Of a stretch of 58,479 nucleotides of DNA, positions 37,834-46,959 are shown piece by piece (the first letter of the stretch is position 1; every line of letters starts with the position of its first letter). The notes beneath the pieces were generated by a model. The model did not search any database. It had not been told where the DNA came from and was given only the letters and a program-made list of their open reading frames with translations. Made by a program: the position numbers and the translations under genes. Source of the DNA: a virus (taxonomy: Duplodnaviria; Caudoviricetes); the IMG/VR virus record IMGVR_UViG_3300009537_000011, positions 1-58,479 of that record; one strand, given 5' to 3'.

Positions 37834-38370
37834 GTGGCCATCTCGATCACATGGGCCACCAAGGTCATCTACGTCCCGCAAGCCGACCTCACCTTCATCT
37901 CCGGCGTGCTCTACGAGCTGGACGTGAACGTGTTCCGACTGGCCCTCAAGGACCTCGAAGACGACGAGGAAGGCATGGCGTTCGTCGACACCCACCGGCA
38001 CAACACAGAGGTCACGCTGGGCGGCGTGACGTTCGCCAGAACCGTCGAGATCATCAACGGCTATACGGTGGAGTTCGAGGACGGTCAGTACACGGTCCGC
38101 TGCGTCGGGGCGAATCACAACATCGCTGATGTCAAAGTGGCGAACCAGGTGAGCCTCATCATTGGGAACAGCGCCGGTCTCATCGTGACAGACGCCTCCG
38201 GCCTCACGCCTGGGGAGTCGCAGAAGCTGACAGAGTTCCATCAGGCGTACGGGCTCGACGCCTCCAACCCGGTGACGCACAGGCTTACCCCGGCCCGGAT
38301 CGAGTTCGCTGGGATCACCCTGGTGCTGACCACCGACGTCGACGGCAACGTGACCGTCACGAGAAGCTGA
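37834..38370 (+). CDS. Conserved phage structural-block protein (178 aa)
   Basis: Strong codon bias; abuts its neighbours. Confidence 0.75.
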   Translation: MAISITWATKVIYVPQADLTFISGVLYELDVNVFRLALKDLEDDEEGMAFVDTHRHNTEVTLGGVTFARTVEIINGYTVEFEDGQYTVRCVGANHNIADVKVANQVSLIIGNSAGLIVTDASGLTPGESQKLTEFHQAYGLDASNPVTHRLTPARIEFAGITLVLTTDVDGNVTVTRS

Positions 38371-38543
38371 TGGGAAACGAGGCCCTACCCCTGACCCGAG
38401 CCCACTACGGCATGGGTGACGTCGCGGCTCCGTTCCAGAGAGTCCGGGCGCGGTATGGGCTCGTCAACTTCTTCAAGGCCACGGCGGGCTATCTCCTATT
38501 CACGTTCGCACGTCGCCTGATGAGGATCACCAATGGCTCGTAG
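38370..38543 (+). CDS. Small hypothetical protein (57 aa, below the ORF-track cutoff)
   Basis: TGATG coupling; MGNEALPLTRAHYGMGD...RITNGS. Confidence 0.5.
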   Translation: MGNEALPLTRAHYGMGDVAAPFQRVRARYGLVNFFKATAGYLLFTFARRLMRITNGS

Positions 38544-38688
38544 GTCTATAGCCTTCGTCCTCTCGGTCGGGAGGCGGGTGTCGCTCCTGCTCGCCAGTAG
38601 GAGTAGCAGTTGCAGTCTCGACCTCCGTGAGATCGGGGTCGTGTATGCTGTTCGCAGGACTGAGTTCGACTGGAAGCCGGGAGGCTGA
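38533..38688 (+). CDS. Small hypothetical protein (51 aa, below the ORF-track cutoff)
   Basis: GAGGA RBS; fills the gap to 38692. Confidence 0.4.
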   Translation: MARRSIAFVLSVGRRVSLLLASRSSSCSLDLREIGVVYAVRRTEFDWKPGG

Positions 38689-38691
38689 GTC

Positions 38692-39015
38692 ATGGCGGAA
38701 GTAAACGAGAGATCTGCGGCACGACTGACGGTCGACTTCTACGACTTCGACAATGCGCTCTCCGCGCCGACGTCGATCACCTACGCCGTCTACGTAGAGG
38801 GAACCGAGTTCGAGCTTCGGGCCGACACCGCCGTGTCCCCAGCTTCGAGCGTGACGATCGTTCTCGACTCCACCGATACGCAGATCGTCGACGACTCCAA
38901 GGGTCGAGAGACGCACTGCGTGCTCATCAAGGCGACCTACTCTGCTGGCGACGAGGTGAACGCGACGTTCAGCTTCGACGTCGTGAATCTGAAAGTGCTG
39001 AGCGGAGTGGCGTGA
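38692..39015 (+). CDS. Ig-like fibre-tail adaptor (BppU-like)
   Basis: GGAGG RBS; all-beta 107 aa before the lysis genes. Confidence 0.6.
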   Translation: MAEVNERSAARLTVDFYDFDNALSAPTSITYAVYVEGTEFELRADTAVSPASSVTIVLDSTDTQIVDDSKGRETHCVLIKATYSAGDEVNATFSFDVVNLKVLSGVA

Positions 39016-39335
39016 ATGTGACGCTCACCGATGACAAGTGGCGAGGGACGATCATCGTCGGCGTGCTCATGCTCGTCCTGGGAGCCGGTCTCACCCAGTT
39101 CTGGTCGGTGGTGGTCGGTGGTGCTGCGCGGCAGCAGAACGTCATCGGCCTGGAGCGCGAGCTGGCGCAGGCCCGGGCGGACCTTTCCGACGCATCGGAT
39201 AACGTCGTGCGCCTACAGGAGCGGATCAGCGGCCTGGAGCGAGACATCAAGTACCTCACGCAGTCCATCGCCGAGCTGAAGTCGCAGGTCTCCGAGCTGC
39301 GGAAAGAGCTGCAGCTACTGAGGAGCAGCGAATGA
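39012..39335 (+). CDS. Single-TM plus coiled-coil lysis-region membrane protein
   Basis: IIVGVLMLVLGAGLTQFWSVVVGG, then heptads. Confidence 0.7.
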   Translation: MNVTLTDDKWRGTIIVGVLMLVLGAGLTQFWSVVVGGAARQQNVIGLERELAQARADLSDASDNVVRLQERISGLERDIKYLTQSIAELKSQVSELRKELQLLRSSE

Positions 39336-39350
39336 CGGGAACCCTATGAG

Positions 39351-39827
39351 ATGCACTCTGTCAGGTCGGTCATGAGAGACTTTCCGGTCCCGGTGGTCCT
39401 TTACGGGGCGCTGCTCGCCACAGAGCCCGCCCCCGCCAACGGCGTGCCGCTTCCCGTCCTCGGCGACACCCCGCTTGCGGTCACTATCGCCATCTTCCTT
39501 GCCGCTCTCGCCTATGTCGTGAAGCTGGTCTTCGAGCTGGCGCACAAGATCTCGTCCGGGAGAGACGGAACGAACGAGCGAACGACGGATCACAAGATCC
39601 TGGACCTGATGAAGACCCAGGGCCGAATCCTGGAGGCGATGGCGGATCGCGTGAGGGACCTGCACGACTGGCACAACAAGGAAGATGCTACAGAGCCCGG
39701 CGTGAAGATATGGTACGTCTCGGGCTGGATGAGGCGAATGCTCACGGATATCAAGTACTCTGTGGACAAGCTGGTCAAGGCCACGGGGACCGTGGCTGTG
39801 AGACCAGTCGACATAGACGAGAAGTAG
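39351..39827 (+). CDS. Holin-like membrane protein
   Basis: TM segment LAVTIAIFLAALAYVV; directly upstream of the endolysin. Confidence 0.55.
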   Translation: MHSVRSVMRDFPVPVVLYGALLATEPAPANGVPLPVLGDTPLAVTIAIFLAALAYVVKLVFELAHKISSGRDGTNERTTDHKILDLMKTQGRILEAMADRVRDLHDWHNKEDATEPGVKIWYVSGWMRRMLTDIKYSVDKLVKATGTVAVRPVDIDEK

Positions 39828-40223
39828 GTGCCCTACTTCTCCACGAGGTCGCTCATGCGGCTCAGTACGTGCGATCGCGACCTACAGATCGTCATGAACG
39901 AGGTCATCAGGCACGTCGACATCACCATTATCACCGGACATCGGAACAAAGAGGAACAGGACGAGGCATATAGGCGGGGGGCGAGTCAGAAGCCCTGGCC
40001 GGAATCTAAGCACAATGTCAGTCCGTCACTCGCGGTCGACATAGCGCCATGGCCGATCGACTGGAGCAACGAGCTTCGCTTCTGGACGGTGGGCGCGTTC
40101 GTCATGGGGGTCGGGAAGTCGATGGGCGTGGAGCTGCGATGGGGGGGGCTATGGGACCGCGGCTGGGAGCACGTAGCCGAGTCGGGGTTCAGGGATCTCG
40201 GTCACTTCGAGCTGGTTGTATGA
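39828..40223 (+). CDS. Endolysin, M15-family Zn peptidase (T5-like L-Ala-D-Glu peptidase)
   Basis: FS.RS..RL, G.R..EEQ, SKHN...SLAVD, LRWGG.W, D..HFEL. Confidence 0.93.
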   Translation: MPYFSTRSLMRLSTCDRDLQIVMNEVIRHVDITIITGHRNKEEQDEAYRRGASQKPWPESKHNVSPSLAVDIAPWPIDWSNELRFWTVGAFVMGVGKSMGVELRWGGLWDRGWEHVAESGFRDLGHFELVV

Positions 40224-40789
40224 ATCGACCCAGGATCATCCTGATTCATGGATGGGGGCCAGGAGGAAGTCGGGGCGCCGTACTGGTGCTGGCAGCTGCG
40301 CTGGAGAGGCTGGGGTTCCCGGTCATCTGCCCCTCGTACGGGCACGTATGGAGTCCATGGAAAACGAGGCACACGTCTCGGCGGGTGGCCAAGCAGTGGT
40401 CCAACTTCGTCAAGCCCACAGATGTCCTCATCGGTCACAGTAACGGAGCGAGGGTCGCCTGGGAGATGACCTACTACACGGGCGACAAGGTGACGCGAGT
40501 CTTCTTCATCAACGCCGCGCTGGACCACGACCTGGTGCCGGGGCCCTCGGTCGCGAGGTGCTTCATCTTTTACAACGGGGCCGACAAGGCGACGAGGCTG
40601 GCCAGGTTGATCCCGCTGTCGGATTGGGGTGACATGGGTCGCGTGGGGTACCGGGCCGACAACGGCGGGTGGGGTCCAGACCAGAGGATGGAGAATCACG
40701 AGATCGGCGTAGGCCACAGCCCCTTCAGGGACCCGGCCGTCGCGAGCACGTATGCCGTGACCATCGCCACCCTGCTGCACCGCCTATAG
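40220..40789 (+). CDS. Alpha/beta hydrolase (LysB-like position)
   Basis: ILIHGW oxyanion motif, IGHSNG nucleophile elbow, N..D, GHS; ATGA-coupled to the endolysin. Confidence 0.88.
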   Translation: MNRPRIILIHGWGPGGSRGAVLVLAAALERLGFPVICPSYGHVWSPWKTRHTSRRVAKQWSNFVKPTDVLIGHSNGARVAWEMTYYTGDKVTRVFFINAALDHDLVPGPSVARCFIFYNGADKATRLARLIPLSDWGDMGRVGYRADNGGWGPDQRMENHEIGVGHSPFRDPAVASTYAVTIATLLHRL

Positions 40790-41178
40790 GTGAGTCCGGC
40801 CCCCGAATCGTCGCCCGCGCCTTGAGGCGTTTGCGGACTATCGGGGGCCGGTGTTGCCTCCAGGTCTACCGGATGGTAGAGTGGAGTTGACGTGCAACGA
40901 TGAGCACTCAACAAGAGTATCCCACAGTTGAGTACCGATGCCAAGGCGCACGCCCTGGCGAGAGGCGAGGTATAGGCGAAGCCCTGCCTCCGTCCGAGGA
41001 TCGCTGCGCGTCGACTCCGGAGGCTGGCGGCTGAAATCCGGGCGCTGATGCGGGGCGGCCCCGGTCGATGGTGGACCAGGTGTGAGGGTCGAGCCCGAGG
41101 AGTCGGTAGGAGCTGGTAGGAGCGGGGGTCACCCCCCACCCTTCCAGAGTGGGCCCCGCCACGCCCTCCGGTAGGCAC

Positions 41179-41208
41179 AAAAAAAGCCCCCCCCCGTAGG
41201 GGCGGGCT
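41179..41208 (-). terminator. Intrinsic terminator closing the leftward arm
   Basis: Minus strand AGCCCGCCCC-TACG-GGGGGGGGCT followed by T-run. Confidence 0.8.
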
Positions 41209-41216
41209 CAGTTGCT

Positions 41217-41327
41217 TCAGCTTCTGTCGGACTTGGCTATGAGGTAGGCGAGCAGGAACCCCAACACCAGGCAGATGGCCAGGGTGCCGACGAATGCCAC
41301 GGTGGCCTGTGCGACCTCTTCCAGCAC
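41217..41327 (-). CDS. Small single-TM protein (36 aa)
   Basis: VAFVGTLAICLVLGFLLAYLIA; GTG just after the upstream stop. Confidence 0.55.
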   Translation of the reverse strand: MLEEVAQATVAFVGTLAICLVLGFLLAYLIAKSDRS

Positions 41328-41328
41328 T

Positions 41329-41691
41329 TCAGAAGACGTCGACGGAGTAGACCCTCGTCGGCCCGGGCTCGCCGTCCTCCAGGTACGGGGTCTGCTCGAC
41401 GCTGTACGAGGAGGCACTGAGCCCGGTGAAGGTGACCTCACCTTCTGGCTCGCTATTCTCCGAGTCGACGGTGAAGCCAGCGAGAGACCGGACGACCCAC
41501 TGGATGGTCTCCAGGCCGTAGTCACCGCCGATGACGACAGTGCTGTCCTCGCAAACGATCTGCCCCGGCAGGGCGGCGGAGCATCGTCCGTCCGTCAGAA
41601 CCCTGTCCGGCTCTGACGGAGAAGAGGAATCGAGCCAGTCGCAGGCGGCGAGTGGCAGCAGCAGGAACACGAGCAGGGCGAGCTTCTTCAT
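41329..41691 (-). CDS. Lipoprotein (beta-sandwich/PKD-like)
   Basis: AAGGAG RBS; MKKLALLVFLLLPLAA-C lipobox. Confidence 0.8.
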   Translation of the reverse strand: MKKLALLVFLLLPLAACDWLDSSSPSEPDRVLTDGRCSAALPGQIVCEDSTVVIGGDYGLETIQWVVRSLAGFTVDSENSEPEGEVTFTGLSASSYSVEQTPYLEDGEPGPTRVYSVDVF

Positions 41692-42056
41692 GACTTCTCC
41701 TTTATCTTGCTCAGGATGAGCACTCCTATGTCTGTCGGTGTCCCGCTGAGTACGACGTGCTGTCCGCGCCGGAGCAGCTCGCACGATGCGGCCTCGTTGG
41801 GACCGCAGTACACCTTCGTTTCCTCTGCACCTGGGGCCGTCACACCGATGAAGCCACCGATATAGTGGGTGACCTTGGCGGTGCCGTTCTCCTGGCTGGA
41901 CGTGTACTGTAGTGGCGTGAACTCCGTCGTGACCGCACCGTCGATGGATGCGAAAGCGACGCCCTGCCGCTGCGGCAGAAATCGCCACGAGTCCCAGCTG
42001 GAGCAGCCAACAATGGTGACCGCGATGAAGACGAGTGTCAGTAGGTTGCGCTTCAT
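41688..42056 (-). CDS. Lipoprotein
   Basis: AAGGAG RBS; MKRNLLTLVFIAVTIVG-C lipobox. Confidence 0.8.
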   Translation of the reverse strand: MKRNLLTLVFIAVTIVGCSSWDSWRFLPQRQGVAFASIDGAVTTEFTPLQYTSSQENGTAKVTHYIGGFIGVTAPGAEETKVYCGPNEAASCELLRRGQHVVLSGTPTDIGVLILSKIKEKS

Positions 42057-42065
42057 GTTTTCTCC

Positions 42066-42362
42066 TTACACCTTTCGAACTGTCACAAACGCGGCGACCT
42101 CATGGAAGAGGCCGGTAATGTGGGCGGCGTCGCCGTCGTATCGTGTGCCGATGTCGAATTCGAACGGCGAATCGAAAGTGGGAAGCATCATCGCCTCGGC
42201 AATTTCGGCGGCACAGTCGTCGATCGGGCACGTACACGAGTACTTGATTTGCAGTCGAAGTTCCTGGTGGTCCGCACGGTCTACGAAGAACTCTCTGAGT
42301 GGCTCGCACTTGCAACGCTTATTCGCTGATAGCTCCATGACGAGGTGAACGAGATATGCCAT
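42066..42362 (-). CDS. Hypothetical Cys-containing protein
   Basis: CKC and CTC..DDC motifs; start uncertain. Confidence 0.5.
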   Translation of the reverse strand: MAYLVHLVMELSANKRCKCEPLREFFVDRADHQELRLQIKYSCTCPIDDCAAEIAEAMMLPTFDSPFEFDIGTRYDGDAAHITGLFHEVAAFVTVRKV

Positions 42363-42744
42363 CGCGTTCACCCCGGGGTCCGAAGTTTCGGGGCTCAAGG
42401 TCTTCAATACGAACCTCGATGATTCGTGGTGTCCATAATTTTCTCTTTCCTTTCGGACCGCGCTTGGCCCAACCGACAAGCTGAAACCTGTTACCGCAGA
42501 GAAGCCACGTTCTGAGGCGTGGCTCCTCTGCGGCCTTGGCTCGCCTGGCGGAGAGGTTGCTTGTCGAGGTCGCCTGGATGCCGAGGCATCCGGTGATACC
42601 TTCGCGAATTGCTACGATATCGATGACTCCGAACAGGTCGACACGCTTACCGGCCTGTGGAATCCACCGCTCGACAACTTGCGCGGTCCAGCCTTCTTTG
42701 CGGTATAGGGCCAGGGTTCGTGACGATGGAGATGGGCCAGCCAT
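42319..42744 (-). CDS. Holliday junction resolvase-like PD-(D/E)XK nuclease
   Basis: Y.KEGW...VE, DLFG.IDI.A, IQAT motifs. Confidence 0.8.
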   Translation of the reverse strand: MAGPSPSSRTLALYRKEGWTAQVVERWIPQAGKRVDLFGVIDIVAIREGITGCLGIQATSTSNLSARRAKAAEEPRLRTWLLCGNRFQLVGWAKRGPKGKRKLWTPRIIEVRIEDLEPRNFGPRGERDGISRSPRHGAISE

Positions 42745-42773
42745 GACTCAATCATACACTTACCCCGTGACAG

Positions 42774-42968
42774 CTACTTACAGCTGACCCAGGATTCGCA
42801 GGTTTGCACGAGGTGGTCATAGTCGCTAGACATGGCCTCCTCGAAGAACTCGTCGATCTCGTCCTGGTCGACATCGTTTCGTCGAAGTGCCTTGCTGACG
42901 ATACCGAGCAGTCTGTAGGCGTTGTCACCGTAGGGCAGTCGAACGGTGATCTCCGGGTATCTGGGCAT
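42774..42968 (-). CDS. Conserved small phage/plasmid early protein
   Basis: YP.ITV.L...NA...G.V..AL.......EI..F..EA.S.DYDHL..T...WV pattern. Confidence 0.75.
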   Translation of the reverse strand: MPRYPEITVRLPYGDNAYRLLGIVSKALRRNDVDQDEIDEFFEEAMSSDYDHLVQTCESWVSCK

Positions 42969-42970
42969 CG

Positions 42971-43261
42971 TTATCTCCTCTCGCGTATGGTCGGATCACC
43001 GACAACGGACCGAACGTCTGTTGAGGCATGGGCGTCCGCGACGTTGTTGAGGGCTTGCTCCAGACCTGGATCGGTTCTGCAACGCTTCAGGATGAGCATG
43101 GCCATTGCCCGCGTCGGCTCTTCAGCGACGAGCGAGCCCTCAGCGACGGAGTAGACGAACGTGAGCAGTAGGGCGAGCGCCTCTACGGGGCTCACTGGCC
43201 CATCAGTCTCCTGAAGAACGAGGAGCGCGTCCACGACACTCTCGGTGGTCCACTTACTCAT
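42971..43261 (-). CDS. Hypothetical protein (96 aa)
   Basis: ATG coupled to the upstream stop. Confidence 0.6.
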   Translation of the reverse strand: MSKWTTESVVDALLVLQETDGPVSPVEALALLLTFVYSVAEGSLVAEEPTRAMAMLILKRCRTDPGLEQALNNVADAHASTDVRSVVGDPTIRERR

Positions 43262-43607
43262 CGGGGTCGACCAATCTGTACTCGAAGAGGCGCGAGTCCT
43301 CGATTCGCCGCTTCTCGAACGTACACCCGATCTGACGAATCTCTCGCAGGCGCCGGAGACCCTCGGATGCTTCCTGGTCTCCTCCTCCTGCGGCGAGGCG
43401 AATGGCGCTGGCCGAATGCCAGCGCCCATCCTTCATCAGGAGGTAGACCCGACGGCAGCCAGCCGTCAGGTCCTCCAGCTCGTCTTGGAAGATCGGCCCG
43501 TCGTTGGCCCCGAGCATGGCGAGCCTGCGACGTTCGTTGATGTCGGCGATGTCCCTCGATGGGTCGCCACCGAGATTTGCCGTTCGGTAGAGTGACTTCT
43601 GCTTCAT
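43254..43607 (-). CDS. Winged-helix DNA-binding protein
   Basis: RVY.LM.DGRWHS...I......SEG.RRLRE.R..G...EKRR.....FEYRL. Confidence 0.7.
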   Translation of the reverse strand: MKQKSLYRTANLGGDPSRDIADINERRRLAMLGANDGPIFQDELEDLTAGCRRVYLLMKDGRWHSASAIRLAAGGGDQEASEGLRRLREIRQIGCTFEKRRIEDSRLFEYRLVDPDE

Positions 43608-43611
43608 CTGT

Positions 43612-43845
43612 CTATCCTTTCTCATAGCGGGCGACCGGCACTCCGCAGATGGCTTCGATGGTCTCTCGTACGTCGAGCTGTTCACCGTCGGTCATGATGA
43701 GGCACGAGCCGACCGCCTCTCCCTGCGGCCCGACATGTCGGTACATGCGGGCGATGGTCGCAGGGTTGACAACGACGATCGAGAGGTCGTCGTCGAAGCC
43801 GCGAACGGGTTCGCGTGTGAGCCACAGGAAATCGAGCACCATCAT
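43612..43845 (-). CDS. FlbD-like small protein
   Basis: FL.LT.......I.VNP..I.........S.L...DG..L.VRET.E.I pattern. Confidence 0.6.
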   Translation of the reverse strand: MMVLDFLWLTREPVRGFDDDLSIVVVNPATIARMYRHVGPQGEAVGSCLIMTDGEQLDVRETIEAICGVPVARYEKG

Positions 43846-44951
43846 GCCACCCGGAGCGCCTTCGAGATCCGCTGCTCGGCGGTGAACCTGTCGTCGCTGT
43901 GCTGGATGTCCCTCGCGAGAGCGGTCGCTCCGTTTAGGATGTCCCACTTCGATCTCGCCTGGCCCTCTTCGTCGTATGCCCGCTTCACGATCTTCGTCGC
44001 ATCGCCTTTCGTGTAGCTGCGGTTGCGCAGGAAGGTTATGACGTCCTCGTCCGTCTTGCCAACGGTCTCAGCCTTCAGCTGAAGGATGCGCGCCTTGTCG
44101 CCCTCGGCGGAGGCGTTCGCGTAGTCGTAGAGAATCCGCGTGCCTTCGTAGAGGAACCGATCGGGCGCTCCGAGGGTGTGGCGAATTCTCAGCTCCTTGA
44201 CATCCTGCGAGCCCCAGATGATCCTGTTGTCGCAGACGACACGGTAGAGAAACGTCATCAGACCGAAGACGCACTTCCCGACCTCGCTGTTCCAGACGAT
44301 GAACCCCCGGAACAGGGTGTCTCCGTCGACCTCGATGGCGAATTCCGGGTCGACCAGGAAGATGAAGACGTCGCGGTCGCTCGCGTAGAGGGTGGTCGCC
44401 AGCTTCGGGTCCCTGTGAGCGTACGACGCTGCCGGGATCTTCCAGTTGCCATTGGCGTTGACCTTCACCACGGACTCGACGACCTGGTGATCCCAGATCC
44501 GCCCGTAACTGCCACCGGTCAGGGCCCGCAGCTCCAGGCCATCGTCGGTCTGGGTGTTCAGCGCCAGGATGGTGTTGTTCTCGTCTCGCAGGAAGTTCAG
44601 CCCGTATTGCAGGCAATCTGCGGCGAGCGCGGGGTGGATCTTCCTCATGTACGACGCCGGAGCGCCCGCCAGGGAGGACAGCTGCCCGAACGACCAGTGC
44701 GTGGGGGTGGAGACCTTACCCTCGATGTCAACGACCAGCGGCTCACCGTTGTACCCGGCGACGCCTCCGTCCGAATCCAGGACGACTTCGACGTCACCGT
44801 TCACGACCTTCAGTCGGTTGGGCATCGTCATACGCGGTGCCGATCGCTCGGCGCGACCCTTCGTGTGGCTGTAGAGATCCTCCAGGCTCAGGAATCGCTC
44901 GTCGTCCGGGCGGGTGAACCACTGCGTGCTTGCTTTGTAGATGTTTGCCAT
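43842..44951 (-). CDS. DUF932-like phage/plasmid leading-region protein
   Basis: QW..RPDDERF.SL, PTHWSFGQL.SL..APA.Y.R, LRA.T...YGRIWD, LYASDRDVF.FLVD, RGF..WNSEVG, VC.NR..WG, IRH. Confidence 0.85.
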   Translation of the reverse strand: MANIYKASTQWFTRPDDERFLSLEDLYSHTKGRAERSAPRMTMPNRLKVVNGDVEVVLDSDGGVAGYNGEPLVVDIEGKVSTPTHWSFGQLSSLAGAPASYMRKIHPALAADCLQYGLNFLRDENNTILALNTQTDDGLELRALTGGSYGRIWDHQVVESVVKVNANGNWKIPAASYAHRDPKLATTLYASDRDVFIFLVDPEFAIEVDGDTLFRGFIVWNSEVGKCVFGLMTFLYRVVCDNRIIWGSQDVKELRIRHTLGAPDRFLYEGTRILYDYANASAEGDKARILQLKAETVGKTDEDVITFLRNRSYTKGDATKIVKRAYDEEGQARSKWDILNGATALARDIQHSDDRFTAEQRISKALRVA

Positions 44952-45217
44952 CAGATGTAACTCCTCGTTCCAGTCGTTGTCGTAGGCTCCGCGTCCGGTT
45001 CGACCCAGACGTGAAGACACTTCGTAATTCCAGTCTTCGGGAGATAGAGACCTCCCGAACCATCGGCCATCTCGATCAGCACCTCCTCTGTTGTTTTCTG
45101 GATGACAGTTCCTTCTTTCCAGTATATCGGCGGGGTCCACCGGACACGTACCAGTGCCTCGACCTTCAGGTCGTCGTACTTCCTCAGCTCGACCCATCCG
45201 ACATCACGACTCTTCAT
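44951..45217 (-). CDS. Hypothetical SH3-like small protein
   Basis: GGAGGG RBS; TGATG coupling to the DUF932 gene. Confidence 0.55.
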   Translation of the reverse strand: MKSRDVGWVELRKYDDLKVEALVRVRWTPPIYWKEGTVIQKTTEEVLIEMADGSGGLYLPKTGITKCLHVWVEPDAEPTTTTGTRSYI

Positions 45218-45389
45218 TGTCACCCTCCATGGCTTTCCGGGCGTGCCAGATGAAGCTCCTGGCGATGCCTCGCCCGCTCCTCCATTTAGACGCCTGGCGC
45301 TTCGTGACTTCGATTCCAGCTTGGTTGCAAGCCTCGCGGAACAGCTCATCGTTGTCGGCGAATTCTCTATGTGTCATCTTTTTGCTCAC
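45204..45389 (-). CDS. Small conserved phage protein
   Basis: F..AC..AG...T.RQASKWR...G.A motif; GGAG RBS. Confidence 0.65.
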   Translation of the reverse strand: MSKKMTHREFADNDELFREACNQAGIEVTKRQASKWRSGRGIARSFIWHARKAMEGDNEES

Positions 45390-45583
45390 TTTGTCTCCGT
45401 AATGACAAACGAGGAAACCCTGACGAGCGGGTTCCTCTCCTTCCATGCTCGCGATTCAGGGCACCGTGCGGCCTTGGAATGGGCGGCCTGCCTGTCGTAG
45501 GCAATGGTAGCGAGATCGACCCACTCGGCGTTTGTCGTGGTGTCCTTGCGAACGGCTATGTAGACGGTCTCTCTGGTGCTCAT
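45386..45583 (-). CDS. Hypothetical protein (65 aa)
   Basis: Tiles with its neighbours. Confidence 0.5.
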   Translation of the reverse strand: MSTRETVYIAVRKDTTTNAEWVDLATIAYDRQAAHSKAARCPESRAWKERNPLVRVSSFVITETK

Positions 45584-45645
45584 GGCCCGTCCGTCTCAGC
45601 GGCCCGTGGCGGCGTCGTACGCCCAATGGATATGGACATACCAGT

Positions 45646-45960
45646 TCACCAATCGGCGTCCGTGTCGGTGGGTGCCCGGGCCTCGCCGCGCCGGAAGAAG
45701 TCCGCAATCTCGTATCGGATGGACTCTAACCGAGAATGTGTGTCGGCTATGGCCCCGATGAGATCTAGATTTGACTCCCGGATGGCCATGTTGGCATAAG
45801 CCTTCAGTAGGGACTCAAGTGAGACGAAATAACCGAGAGGCTCCCGGTCGTCTACGCTGTTTCCCTGCTTGTCTTTCCGTTTGCCTCTGATGCGGACGAG
45901 GGTGAAGGACACGCCGTCGTGGGAGATGGCCAGGTCCTTCTCCAGGTAGTAGTCCTTCAT
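45646..45960 (-). CDS. Hypothetical protein (104 aa)
   Basis: ATGA coupling; GYF.SLE.LL motif seen in phage early proteins. Confidence 0.7.
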   Translation of the reverse strand: MKDYYLEKDLAISHDGVSFTLVRIRGKRKDKQGNSVDDREPLGYFVSLESLLKAYANMAIRESNLDLIGAIADTHSRLESIRYEIADFFRRGEARAPTDTDADW

Positions 45961-46925
45961 GAGGTCGGCCTCTGGTCACTACCCAGAAGGACATCGGTCG
46001 TGGAGGGCGTGGTCCAGTCGAACGGGATCGACGGGAAGGAATGGCGCGGCGGATGGTAGTCGAGACGCCGAACCGCCTCGTGCGCCCTGGACTTCTCCCA
46101 TGCCCTGGAGATGAGCCCGTGCCTCTGGTCCTTGCCGAGCGAGGTCTTCACCGAGGAGAGATCCCTGAGGAGGTGGTTCCGCAGGTGGTAGACGGGGTGA
46201 AGGTCGTGGAGCATGGTCCCGGTACGCAGGGACTCGACGAAGTCGACGGCCAGGCCCGGGTCGTAGTTCGAGCAGACGTAGGACCAGAAGCCGATCTCGC
46301 TGACCCGGACCAGGCCGTTCGGAACGCTCAGCCTGTTCGCTGCGTAGTTGGTGCAATCGACGAGGCGTGGATGGTCGCGAAGGAGGCCCATCAGCTGTCC
46401 GAAGGTGGGCGTGTCGCGCTGGTGGATGCTGGCGCTCGGCTTTCCCAGCTCGCGGAATTTCCAGAAAAGCGTCGTCACCGCCGACAGAGCGCAATAGTTC
46501 GAGAGCCCGTGCATCGCGAGGTAGTCCGCGAAGGACCGCTTCTTCAACACGTCGAGAAACTCGAAAGATGCGCTGGACACCCCCCTGACGACGTTGAGGT
46601 AAACGGCTGCACCAGAGTCGATGATCGACTGCAAGCGATGCCTGCCGTTGACCAGGCTCCCATCCGTATCGAAGTGGATCGGGATGCTCGCATCCCAGAG
46701 GCCGGACACCATCAGAGAGCCGTAGCGAGTGGTCTGGTGCCGGGAGATGGGCCGATGGCGTAGCCCTCCAGGGATCATCTTCAGGAATCGCGCTGCCAGC
46801 TCCGGGGTAATCAGCTCGCAGTTGATGTCCAGGTCGACGGGGTCGTTGACGATGGGGTACTCCATATCCCCGGACGTCACGGTGAGTTCGTGCTCCTCGG
46901 TCAGTGTCACTTTACTTTGTGGCAT
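45957..46925 (-). CDS. ParB/Srx-fold (DGQHR-like) DNA-binding protein
   Basis: ITPE.A...L......RPIS......Y...M..G.W....PI.FD.DG.L.NGRHRL......S, then V.RG......D....R...D.L; GAGGAGG RBS. Confidence 0.85.
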   Translation of the reverse strand: MPQSKVTLTEEHELTVTSGDMEYPIVNDPVDLDINCELITPELAARFLKMIPGGLRHRPISRHQTTRYGSLMVSGLWDASIPIHFDTDGSLVNGRHRLQSIIDSGAAVYLNVVRGVSSASFEFLDVLKKRSFADYLAMHGLSNYCALSAVTTLFWKFRELGKPSASIHQRDTPTFGQLMGLLRDHPRLVDCTNYAANRLSVPNGLVRVSEIGFWSYVCSNYDPGLAVDFVESLRTGTMLHDLHPVYHLRNHLLRDLSSVKTSLGKDQRHGLISRAWEKSRAHEAVRRLDYHPPRHSFPSIPFDWTTPSTTDVLLGSDQRPTS

Positions 46926-46959
46926 GAAGCCTCCTCGTTTTCGATGAAAAGCAGAATGC

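Noticed and set aside
23765-40223. Genome-wide stop-codon reassignment, suggested by in-frame stop-start abutments (26173/26174, 37833/37834, 39827/39828)
   Set aside because: Conserved genes are full length under code 11, the stops differ (TAG, TGA), and there is no suppressor tRNA.
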